A DNA stretch of 35,265 nucleotides, from assembly GCA_044222065.1 (NCBI GenBank), contig JBGAOA010000043.1, forward strand, positions 1 through 35,265, read 5' to 3'. Positions 27,879 to 35,265 of the stretch are shown piece after piece. The notes under the pieces are model-generated. The model was not told where the DNA came from. It did no database searches and saw only the letters and a program-made list of their open reading frames with translations. Position 1 is the stretch's first letter. Each line of letters starts with the position of its first letter. The stretch is from Candidatus Eiseniibacteriota bacterium. Its GTDB lineage: Bacteria > Eisenbacteria > RBG-16-71-46. Both the position numbers and the translations under genes were made by a program.

Positions 27879-29606
27879 TCAGGGATCTTCGATGCGGGCG
27901 TCGGCCGCGAGCCTGCGGATCGCGGCGCGGAGCTTCCGGTGCGCGTCGAAGCGGCGCACGAACTCGGATTCGCGCCGTCCGCCCTTCGCGCGGATGACGG
28001 CGGCGAGCGCCTTCCGTTCGGCCGCGCTCCAGCGTTCGGCGCCGAGCAGCGGCACGATCGTGCTCCAGCGCCGCCACCACAGGCGTTCGCCCGCGCCGAA
28101 GCCCGCGAACGAGCGCACGCCGAGGAGCCGCCCGGCCTCGCGCGCGCACTCGCGCTCGGCGCGTGCGCGGTCGCCGCCGAAGCGCGTCGCGACGAGGCGT
28201 GTCGCGTGCAGGCCGATGCGGCCGAGCGCGAGCACGGCGAGCACGTCGCGCCGCTCGCGGCCGCGGAACCAGAACAGGTTCGTGCTCGCGAGCCGCTCGA
28301 GCCGCGCGCGCGGCGTGCGGTGGCGCGGGTCGCGCTCGAGCCGCGCCAGCTCCTCGCGCATGAGCGCGCGCGTCGCGGGATCGAGCGGGCGGAAGCCGGT
28401 CTTCTGGTAGAACCACCACGCGCCCGAGTCGAGCGCTTCGTCGTTGTGGTAGCCGAGCTGGTAGGGGTCGATCGTGAAGACGGTCGAGCCGAACAGCGCG
28501 TGCACCATGGACAGCACGCGGCCGTACACGCGCCCCGCCTCGGCGCCGCGCCAGGTCTCGAACACGTTGTAGGCGACCTCGGACGAGCCGAACAGCCCGC
28601 TCGCGAGCACGTAGCCGATCGGTACGCCGTGACGCAGCGTGAGCATCGCGTACACGGACTCGAGCGCGAGCCGGCGCTCGGGCCGCACGCCGAAGCACGC
28701 GAACTGCAGCCCGTCGCCGCACTCGACGAGCCGCGCGTCGTCCGGGTCGCCGTAGGCGAACGCGTCGAGGTCGCGGCTGCGCGTCACCATCGCGGCGCGC
28801 GCGAGGTCGAGCAGCGCCTCGCCGTCCGCGCGCGACAGGTCGCGCCACGCGAGCGGCGGGCGGCGGAGTTCGCGCGCGACGTCCGGCCGGCTGCGGTCGA
28901 GCGGGGTCCGGCGCGGCGCGAACGCCGGCGCGAGGTGCTCGGGCGCGGCGTCGAGCGTGCGCGACGGCGTCGCGGCGCCGCGGCCGTCCAGCACGAGCGG
29001 CGCGTCGAGTTCGTCCCACAGCGCGTCGCGCACCGCCGCGTCCACCGGCAGCTGCGAGAACGCGCGCACGAGGAACGCGGCGTCGGTCTCCGCGGGCGAC
29101 CTCAGCCGGTCGACCCAGCCGCGCACGCCGAGGTCGAACTCGTCCACGCCCGGCGCCTCGCCGCCCTGCACGAGGAGCGGCAGGAACGTGTTCAGCCGCT
29201 CGGCGTTCTCGAACGCCTTCCAGTCCACGCGGAGCCGCGGCCCGAAGCGCGCGGCGAGCCAGCGCGCGGTCGGCGCGAAGAAGCGGAAGCGCACGTCGGC
29301 GCCGGCGATGCCGCTGTCCTCGAGTGCCGCGCGGTGGCGCGCGAAGTCGCGCCGCGCCGGGAAGCGCGCGAGCGCCTCGTAGGCGACGGCGCGGGTCGCG
29401 AGGTCGTCCGGGTAGGCGAGCAGGAACAGCAGCGTGTCGTGGAAGGCGAGCACCTGCGCCGCGCTCGCGAGCCGCGCGCGATCGAGCGCGCGCACGAGCG
29501 CGCGCTTGCGCTCGGCCGCGCCGTCGCCGAAGCGGCCGCGCAGCTCGACGAGCGCCTTGAGCGCCGCCGCCGCCGTCGCGCGCCGCGCGCGTTCAGCTGC
29601 GGCCAT
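27879..29606 (-). CDS. Hypothetical protein, 575 aa, with GNAT-like motif in the C-terminal half
   Basis: Long ORF with G/C-rich third positions; LLFLLAYP, IDPYQLG and GAWWFYQKTGFRP; overlaps the upstream gene. Confidence 0.75.
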   Translation of the reverse strand: MAAAERARRATAAAALKALVELRGRFGDGAAERKRALVRALDRARLASAAQVLAFHDTLLFLLAYPDDLATRAVAYEALARFPARRDFARHRAALEDSGIAGADVRFRFFAPTARWLAARFGPRLRVDWKAFENAERLNTFLPLLVQGGEAPGVDEFDLGVRGWVDRLRSPAETDAAFLVRAFSQLPVDAAVRDALWDELDAPLVLDGRGAATPSRTLDAAPEHLAPAFAPRRTPLDRSRPDVARELRRPPLAWRDLSRADGEALLDLARAAMVTRSRDLDAFAYGDPDDARLVECGDGLQFACFGVRPERRLALESVYAMLTLRHGVPIGYVLASGLFGSSEVAYNVFETWRGAEAGRVYGRVLSMVHALFGSTVFTIDPYQLGYHNDEALDSGAWWFYQKTGFRPLDPATRALMREELARLERDPRHRTPRARLERLASTNLFWFRGRERRDVLAVLALGRIGLHATRLVATRFGGDRARAERECAREAGRLLGVRSFAGFGAGERLWWRRWSTIVPLLGAERWSAAERKALAAVIRAKGGRRESEFVRRFDAHRKLRAAIRRLAADARIEDP

Positions 29607-29838
29607 CGGCCGGCGGCTCCTCGTCGCCGCGCCACGCGTCTTCGATCGGCGTCCAGCCGTCGCCCGGCAGCAGCACGTCGGCGTGCCCCGTGATGCGATC
29701 GATGCGCACGGGGTAGGTCTCGCCGCTCACCGTGACGTGGTCCCAGCGCCAGCGCGTCGGCCACACGTACGCGAAGCACGCGCCGGCGAGCAGCGCGCAC
29801 AGCACGATCGCGAGGACGAGGAGGCGGCCGAGCTTCAT
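29593..29838 (-). CDS. Small membrane-anchored hypothetical protein, 81 aa
   Basis: N-terminal hydrophobic helix, then WPTRWRWD...PVRIDRITG; fills the gap in an operon-like run. Confidence 0.65.
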   Translation of the reverse strand: MKLGRLLVLAIVLCALLAGACFAYVWPTRWRWDHVTVSGETYPVRIDRITGHADVLLPGDGWTPIEDAWRGDEEPPADGRS

Positions 29839-29854
29839 CGCGCGCGTACGGTGG

Positions 29855-31831
29855 CTACGGGATCCAGCGGTCGAACCACGCGAGCTGGCGCGTTTGCCAG
29901 TCCCAGCGGTGGCGGTACTCGCGCGGACCGTGTGGCTCGCGCGGGTAGTGGACGAACGCGCTCGGCACGCCGAGCGCCTGCAGCGCGGTGTAGAGCTGCT
30001 GCGACTGCGGGTACGGCACGCGCACGTCCTGCTCGCCGACCTGGACGAGCGTCGGCGTCTTCACGTTCGCGACGTACGTGATCGGCGAGATCCGGCGGTA
30101 GCCGTCCGGGTTCTCCCACGGCCAGCCCTCGAACTCGAACGCACGATACTTCTTCGTGTCGCTCTGCCCGACGAACGAGGCGTAGTCCACCGCGCCCGCG
30201 CCGCTCACCGCGGCCTTGAAGCGGTTCGTCTGCGTGATGATCCAGTTCGTGAGGTGGCCGCCGTACGAGTGCCCGTACACGCCGAGGCGCGCGGGATCGG
30301 CGAGGCCCCAGGCGACGAGGCTGTCGACGCCGCTCATCACGTCCTCGTAGTCCTGGCCGCCCCAGTCGGCGCGCTTGCGCACCATGAAGGCGGTGCCGTA
30401 GCCGCCGCTCGAGCGGAAGTTCGGCATCAGGATCTGGTAGCCGTGCGCGACGAAGAACTGCTGCAGCGGCAGGAAGCCGAGCGAGTAGCGCGAGGCGTAC
30501 GGGCCGCCGTGGATCAGCAGCAGCGTCTTCGGCTTCGCCGTCTTCGCGAGCCCGCGCGGCCGCAGCAGCACGCCTTCGATCGGCGTGCCGTCCTTGCTGC
30601 GCCACGTCACGGTGCGCGTTTCGCCGAGCGCGAGCTTCGACACGGCCGCGTTGAGCGACGTGAGCGCGCGCCCCGGCTCGCCCGGCCGCTCGGCGACCCA
30701 CACCTCGTTCGGCTGCTCCGAGCGCGACTGCGTCCACGCTGCGCGGCCGTTCGATGCGATCGAGAGGTTCGTGCCGTCGCCGCCGAGGTCGGCGCCGAAC
30801 GACACCGCGCCGTCGCGGCCGAGCGCCACCCAGCGCGTGCTCGCGCCCTTCCAGCCGAGGAACCACGCGCGGCCGTCGGGCCCGAAGTCGGGCTCCTTCG
30901 CGTCCTCGTCGTAGTTCGCCGTGAGCTTGCGCGGCGCGCCGGCGGCGGCGCCGTTCGCGACCGGGACGAGCCACAGGTCGGTCTTCTCGACGTGCACCTC
31001 GCGGTGCTCGGTCGTCGCGACCGCGATCGCATCGCCCGCCGGCGACCACGCGAAGTCGTTCCCGATCACGCCGAGCGTCTTCACCGCGCCGCCCGCGACC
31101 GGCACGAGTCCGACGTCCTGCGCGTTGCCGTCGTCCACCTTGCCCGTGGGGCTCGTGAGGAACGCGAGCGTCTTCGAGTCCGGCGACCAGCGCACGTTCC
31201 ACAGGTACAGCGGGCCGCTCGTGAGCTGGCGCTGCTTGCCGGTCGCGAGCTCGGTGACCCAGAGCCGCGGCCACTGCAGGCGCTCGTCCTCGACGACGTG
31301 GTCCCACTTCTTCTTCTGCCACTCCTTCGCGCGCTTCGGCAGCGTGTCGGCCATCACCCACGCGAGGAAGCGTCCGTCGGGCGACCACTGCACCTCGCTC
31401 ACGCCCTCGGGGGTGCTGCCGTACGCCCACGGCTCGCCGCCCTGGAGCGACAGCATCCAGATCGCCGCGCGCGCGTCGTCGCCCGTGCCGCGGTTCCCGA
31501 TGAACGCGATCGTGTCGCCGCCGGCCGAGAACGTCGGCATGAAGTCGTTCTTCGGGTGGCGCGTGAGCCGGCGCGGCTCGCCGCCGCGCGCGAAGTCCGC
31601 GAGCCACACGTCCTGGTTCGTCGCGTTCTCGGCGGTGTCCTGCTCGGTCACGACGAACGCGAGCTTCGAGCCGTCGCGGGACCACGTGAGGCCCGAGATC
31701 GAACGCAGCGTGAGCGCGTGCTCGAGCGTGTAGGGCGGGAGCTTCACGGCCGGCGCGGCCGCGAGCGGCGCGGCGGCGACGAGCGTCGCGAGCGCGGCGA
31801 CGCGGACGGCGCGGCGGAATTCGGGGAACAT
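29855..31831 (-). CDS. Secreted S9 family (prolyl oligopeptidase / acylaminoacyl) peptidase
   Basis: Signal peptide, WSPD propeller repeats, IHGGP, GHSYGG (Ser), EQDVRVP (Asp) and EPHG (His); GGAGG RBS. Confidence 0.95.
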   Translation of the reverse strand: MFPEFRRAVRVAALATLVAAAPLAAAPAVKLPPYTLEHALTLRSISGLTWSRDGSKLAFVVTEQDTAENATNQDVWLADFARGGEPRRLTRHPKNDFMPTFSAGGDTIAFIGNRGTGDDARAAIWMLSLQGGEPWAYGSTPEGVSEVQWSPDGRFLAWVMADTLPKRAKEWQKKKWDHVVEDERLQWPRLWVTELATGKQRQLTSGPLYLWNVRWSPDSKTLAFLTSPTGKVDDGNAQDVGLVPVAGGAVKTLGVIGNDFAWSPAGDAIAVATTEHREVHVEKTDLWLVPVANGAAAGAPRKLTANYDEDAKEPDFGPDGRAWFLGWKGASTRWVALGRDGAVSFGADLGGDGTNLSIASNGRAAWTQSRSEQPNEVWVAERPGEPGRALTSLNAAVSKLALGETRTVTWRSKDGTPIEGVLLRPRGLAKTAKPKTLLLIHGGPYASRYSLGFLPLQQFFVAHGYQILMPNFRSSGGYGTAFMVRKRADWGGQDYEDVMSGVDSLVAWGLADPARLGVYGHSYGGHLTNWIITQTNRFKAAVSGAGAVDYASFVGQSDTKKYRAFEFEGWPWENPDGYRRISPITYVANVKTPTLVQVGEQDVRVPYPQSQQLYTALQALGVPSAFVHYPREPHGPREYRHRWDWQTRQLAWFDRWIP

Positions 31832-31948
31832 CGGGCCTCCGTGCGGTGAGGGTCGGGCCGCAGGATAGCGAACGGCGCGGGCCCCGGGAAACGCTTCGGC
31901 CGGACGCCTCGCGGCGCCCGGCCGGACGTTTCGGGGCGCGAAACCGCG

Positions 31949-32323
31949 TCAGCGCGAGTCGCCGCGGGCCGCGTTCTTCTTCACGACGACCTTGTGCGCG
32001 ACGGCGCGGCCGCCGTCGTCGCGGAAGTACACCGTGACGTGCGCGTCCTTCACGACGTCGCCGGTCGAACGCATCTCGTCGTCCCGCGCGAACACCTTCG
32101 TCTCGGGCTTCGAGCCGCGCTTCTCGACCGTGATGCTGGTCTTGTCCATCGCGGTGACCCAACCCGTGAACTGGCGGTAGGTCGTCCGCGGCGCGGTCGA
32201 GCGTCCCTCGCTCTTCGGCGCCGCGCCCTTCGCCGCGTGCGCGGCGATCGGGGCCGACGCGACGAGCATCGCGAGCGCCACGGCGCCCGCACAACGCATC
32301 CATCCCTGCCTCATCCCACTCAC
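31949..32323 (-). CDS. Small secreted basic protein, probable OB-fold
   Basis: Signal peptide ending AHA; FTGWVTAMDKTSITVE...VKDAHVTVYF...AHKVVV pattern. Start may be ATG 32314. Confidence 0.7.
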   Translation of the reverse strand: MSGMRQGWMRCAGAVALAMLVASAPIAAHAAKGAAPKSEGRSTAPRTTYRQFTGWVTAMDKTSITVEKRGSKPETKVFARDDEMRSTGDVVKDAHVTVYFRDDGGRAVAHKVVVKKNAARGDSR

Positions 32324-32359
32324 CTCCCCTCCGTGTCCCCGGGGGCAGGGCGTGCGCGG

Positions 32360-32389
32360 TTTCTAGCGCGGAGCGCGGGAGGCCGTCAA
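32360..32389 (-). promoter_or_regulatory. Sigma-70-type promoter candidate
   Basis: Minus strand TTGACG-18 bp-TAGAAA upstream of 32323. Confidence 0.45.
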
Positions 32390-32426
32390 GCGTTTCGACC
32401 GCGATTTCAGCGGGTGGAAACGGCGT

Positions 32427-33398
32427 TCACGCCTTCGTCCACGGCGTGCGCGCCGCACGCCGGTCGCGCGCCGCGCGCGCCGCGCGCCACACGTTCGCGT
32501 GCGCCTCGACCGTCGCTTCGAGCGGCCGGCCATAGCCGCCGCCGAGCGTGACGACGACCGGCAGGCCGCGCGTTTCGCACCACGCGAAGACGCGCGCGTC
32601 GCGCGCCGCGAGCCCGTCGTGCGTGAGCGCGAGGCGCCCGAAGCGGTCGCACGCGAGGCCGTCCACGCCGGCCTGGTAGAACACGACGTCGGGCGCGTGG
32701 CGGTCGAGCGCCGCGGGGACGTGGCGGTCGAGCGCTTCGAGGTACGCGTCGTCCGCCGTGCCGTCGGCGAGCTCGACGTCGAGCGTCGAGCGCTCTTTCT
32801 CGAGCGGGTAGTTGCGCGCGCCGTGCACCGACAGCGTGAACACGCTCGCGTCGCCCGCGAACAGCGCGGCCGTGCCGTTGCCCTGGTGCACGTCGAGGTC
32901 GAGCACGAACGGCCGCGCGGCGCGCCGCTCGCGCCGCAGGCGCGCGATCGCGACCGCGACGTCGTTGAACAGGCAGTACGCCTCGCCGCGATCGCGGAAC
33001 GCGTGGTGGGTGCCGCCCGCGAGGTTGCCCGCGACGCCGTGCGCGATCGCCGCGTGCGCCGCGGCGACGGTGCCGAACACGGCGGCGCGCGCGCGCGTCA
33101 CGAGCGCGGGCGACCAGGGCAGTCCGAGGCGGCGGATCGCGGCGTCCGCGAGCCGGCCATCCGTCGCGGCCGCGACGTAGTCCGCGTCGTGCGCCTCGAG
33201 CAGCCAGTCGAGCGGCGCGGGCTCCGAGCGCGCGACGTCGGCGTCCGAGAGGACGCCGTCCGCGACGAGCCGTTCGCGCACGGCGCGGTACTTCGTTATC
33301 GGGAACGGATGGCCCTCGGGGAGCGGCACCTCGTGGTGGTCGCTCGCCCAGGCGAGCAGCGGCGCGCGCGGCGCCGTTGCGGCGTCTGCGTTACCCAC
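32427..33398 (-). CDS. Histone-deacetylase-family (Zn-dependent) deacetylase
   Basis: HPFP..KY, GGTHHA, CLFND, DLDVHQGNGT, QAGVD and GGGY motifs. Confidence 0.95.
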   Translation of the reverse strand: MGNADAATAPRAPLLAWASDHHEVPLPEGHPFPITKYRAVRERLVADGVLSDADVARSEPAPLDWLLEAHDADYVAAATDGRLADAAIRRLGLPWSPALVTRARAAVFGTVAAAHAAIAHGVAGNLAGGTHHAFRDRGEAYCLFNDVAVAIARLRRERRAARPFVLDLDVHQGNGTAALFAGDASVFTLSVHGARNYPLEKERSTLDVELADGTADDAYLEALDRHVPAALDRHAPDVVFYQAGVDGLACDRFGRLALTHDGLAARDARVFAWCETRGLPVVVTLGGGYGRPLEATVEAHANVWRAARAARDRRAARTPWTKA

Positions 33399-33436
33399 CC
33401 GTCGGGTCCGTTCGCGTCGTCGTCACGCCGCCGTCA

Positions 33437-34204
33437 CTACGCACCCGCCGCGTCCGCGCGCCGCGGGTTCCTCACGCCGAGCTTCTTCATGCGCGACTCG
33501 AGCGTCGTCGGCTTGAGCCCGAGGATCGCGGCCGCGCCGCGCGCGCCGCTCACACGTCCGCCCGTGTGGCGGAGCACCGCCTCGATCGCGTCGCGCACGA
33601 CGTCGTCGAGCGGGCGCAGCGCGGACTCGGCCGCGCCCGCGCCGCCGCCGAGCGCGGCATCGAGCGCCGCGGCGAACGCCTCGAGCAGCGGGCGCTCGGC
33701 GTCCGCGACCGGGCGGCGCGCGAACGCCGCGACGACGCCGCGCGGCGCCTCGCCCGGGAGCGGAGCCGCGGCGAGCGCGCGCACGCGCGCGCCCGTGATC
33801 CACGCGGGGTCGGCGAGGCCCAGCGCATCGAGCCCGTCGTTCGAGACGAACGCCCGACCCGCGCGCGCGACCTCGCCGAGCGTGCGGGCGCCGAACGGCA
33901 CGCGCGCGAGCCGCTCGAAGCCCGCCTCCTCGCCGCGCACGGCGACGCGGTGCAGGCAGCGCGCGCGGTCGGCACACTCGGCGCGCAGCGCGCACGTCTC
34001 GCAGCGATCGCCCGGGCCCGTGAGCCACAGGCCGACGCTCGCGGCGTCGAGCGCGCGGGCGAGGGCGTCGAGCGGGGCCGTGGGCTCGGGGGGCGGGGCT
34101 GGAAGGGGCCCGGGGCGGGCCGGCCTCGGCCGGAAGAGGGGCCGAGCGGCGTCGCGGCGGACGACTTCGACTTCGACGAGCGGATTCCCGGGATTTCGGG
34201 ACAT
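33437..34204 (-). CDS. GAF domain + Fis-type HTH regulator (FhlA-like ends, no AAA+ domain)
   Basis: GAGG RBS; GAF-like core with CETC...C.....C; C-terminal TGGRVSGARGAAAILGLKPTTLESRMKKLG; no Walker A or GAFTGA. Confidence 0.8.
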   Translation of the reverse strand: MSRNPGNPLVEVEVVRRDAARPLFRPRPARPGPLPAPPPEPTAPLDALARALDAASVGLWLTGPGDRCETCALRAECADRARCLHRVAVRGEEAGFERLARVPFGARTLGEVARAGRAFVSNDGLDALGLADPAWITGARVRALAAAPLPGEAPRGVVAAFARRPVADAERPLLEAFAAALDAALGGGAGAAESALRPLDDVVRDAIEAVLRHTGGRVSGARGAAAILGLKPTTLESRMKKLGVRNPRRADAAGA

Positions 34205-34268
34205 GGTGGCCTCGGTCCTTGAGGGTCCTGCGTTGGAGTCCGTTCCATCCCGACTCTCGGGACGTGTT

Positions 34269-34499
34269 TCACGATATGTCGTGAGTGTGGCGATCGTGGG
34301 CCCAAGACACCTGTGGACGCTCCGACGACGGTGCGTCGGCTCGATCCACGTGATCGCCCGGCGGCATGATCACGCCTGCAGTCCGGGCTGTCACGCGATT
34401 TCGTGAATGGTGCCGCTCCGAGTTCGCCGCGGCGCCAGTTGGACACTCGCAACGCTCACCGCTCACCGCACTCTCTCAGGCATTCACGATATTTCGTGA
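34269..34499. promoter_or_regulatory. Three copies of palindromic box TCACGA-N4-TCGTGA
   Basis: 34269-34284 TCACGAtatgTCGTGA; 34391-34406 TCACGCgattTCGTGA; 34484-34499 TCACGAtattTCGTGA. Confidence 0.8.
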
Positions 34500-34508
34500 T
34501 TCATCTCC

Positions 34509-34547
34509 AAGAAGAAGGCCCGCCCGCCAGACTTCGGCGAGCGGGCC
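34509..34547 (-). terminator. Rho-independent terminator
   Basis: Minus strand GGCCCGCTCGCC-GAAGTCT-GGCGGGCGGGCC followed by TTCTTCTT, just downstream of stop 34566. Confidence 0.8.
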
Positions 34548-34565
34548 GAGCTTCGTTGCCGCGTG

Positions 34566-35265
34566 TCAGTCGAGCCGGACGATGCGCCGCTCGAACTGCT
34601 CGGGTCCCGCCTGGAGCCGGACGAAGTAGATCCCCGCGGCGGCACTGCGGCCCGACTCATCGCGGCCGTCCCACGCGAGCGAGTAGGTGCCGGGGTCGTA
34701 CGAGCCCTTCGCGACCGTGCGGACGCGGCGGCCCTGCGCGTCGAACACCGCGAGGTCGGCGTTGCCGCCGTGCGCGAGTCCGAAGCGCAGCTGCAGCTGG
34801 CCCGCGAACGGATTCGGCGTCGCCGGCGCGAGGAACGACACGACCGGCGTCTCCGGGGAGGCGACCGGATCGGTTCCGTTCACGCGCACCGACAGCGCGC
34901 TCGCCGCGCCCCAGTTGCCGTTCGCGTCGCGCGCCCGCACCCACAGCGTGCGCGTGCCGCTGAACATCACCGCGGTATTGAGCGCCGCGCTGACGTGCAC
35001 CGTGACCGAGTCGAACGTGCTCGTCATCGGCGTGCCCGCGCCCGCGGCGGCGGGCGAGGCGCCGAGCGAGTACTCGGCGGCCGTGACCGTCGAGTTGCCC
35101 GTCAGCAGGTCGCTCGCGATCGCCTGCAGCGTTGCCGGGCTCCCGATCGTGATCGGGTTCGGCAGCGACTGGATCGAGCCCGCACGGATCACCGGGCCGA
35201 GGGCGTCCGCGCCGCTGCGCTGCAGGCTCGCGTTCGCGTTCGAGGCGTCGAGGCCCGCGAGCGAC
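34566..35265 (-). CDS. 3' part of a protein with Ig-like domain and C-terminal FlgD-Ig sorting domain (truncated by the window edge)
   Basis: Frame is open to the window end; VRARDANGNWG Ig-like motif; TPNPF...VFDAQGRRVR...WDGRDESG...AGIYFVRL tail. Confidence 0.85.
   Translation of the reverse strand, partial: SLAGLDASNANASLQRSGADALGPVIRAGSIQSLPNPITIGSPATLQAIASDLLTGNSTVTAAEYSLGASPAAAGAGTPMTSTFDSVTVHVSAALNTAVMFSGTRTLWVRARDANGNWGAASALSVRVNGTDPVASPETPVVSFLAPATPNPFAGQLQLRFGLAHGGNADLAVFDAQGRRVRTVAKGSYDPGTYSLAWDGRDESGRSAAAGIYFVRLQAGPEQFERRIVRLD

Overview
Very GC-rich bacterial chromosomal window with about 26 protein genes. I found no rRNA, tRNA, CRISPR array or mobile element. Three proteins end in FlgD-Ig/T9SS-like sorting domains, which suggests an FCB-related lineage such as Ca. 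Eisenbacteria (inference only). The centrepiece is a five-gene minus-strand operon (24808 to 16318) behind a near-consensus sigma-54 promoter. It encodes a His-rich cytochrome-b-like membrane protein, a membrane-anchored ferredoxin fused to a circularly permuted thioredoxin-reductase-like NAD(P)H flavoprotein, a 20-heme cytochrome c, a 34-heme tandem-repeat cytochrome c, and an outer-membrane beta-barrel split here by a single-base frameshift. Together these look like a complete electron conduit from cytoplasmic NAD(P)H to the cell surface. The two cytochromes appear to share one triheme unit split between them. Other notable items are two tandem paralogous secreted beta-propeller/diheme-peroxidase-like proteins, a P1B-4 ATPase with a Cys-rich N-domain, a possible toxin/immunity-like pair, and a GAF-HTH regulator lacking an AAA+ domain behind three palindromic boxes. 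The rest is ordinary: USP, PPase, TldD/PmbA, Met gamma-lyase family, arginase, S9 peptidase and an HDAC-family deacetylase. All calls come from reading motifs by eye; no searches were run.
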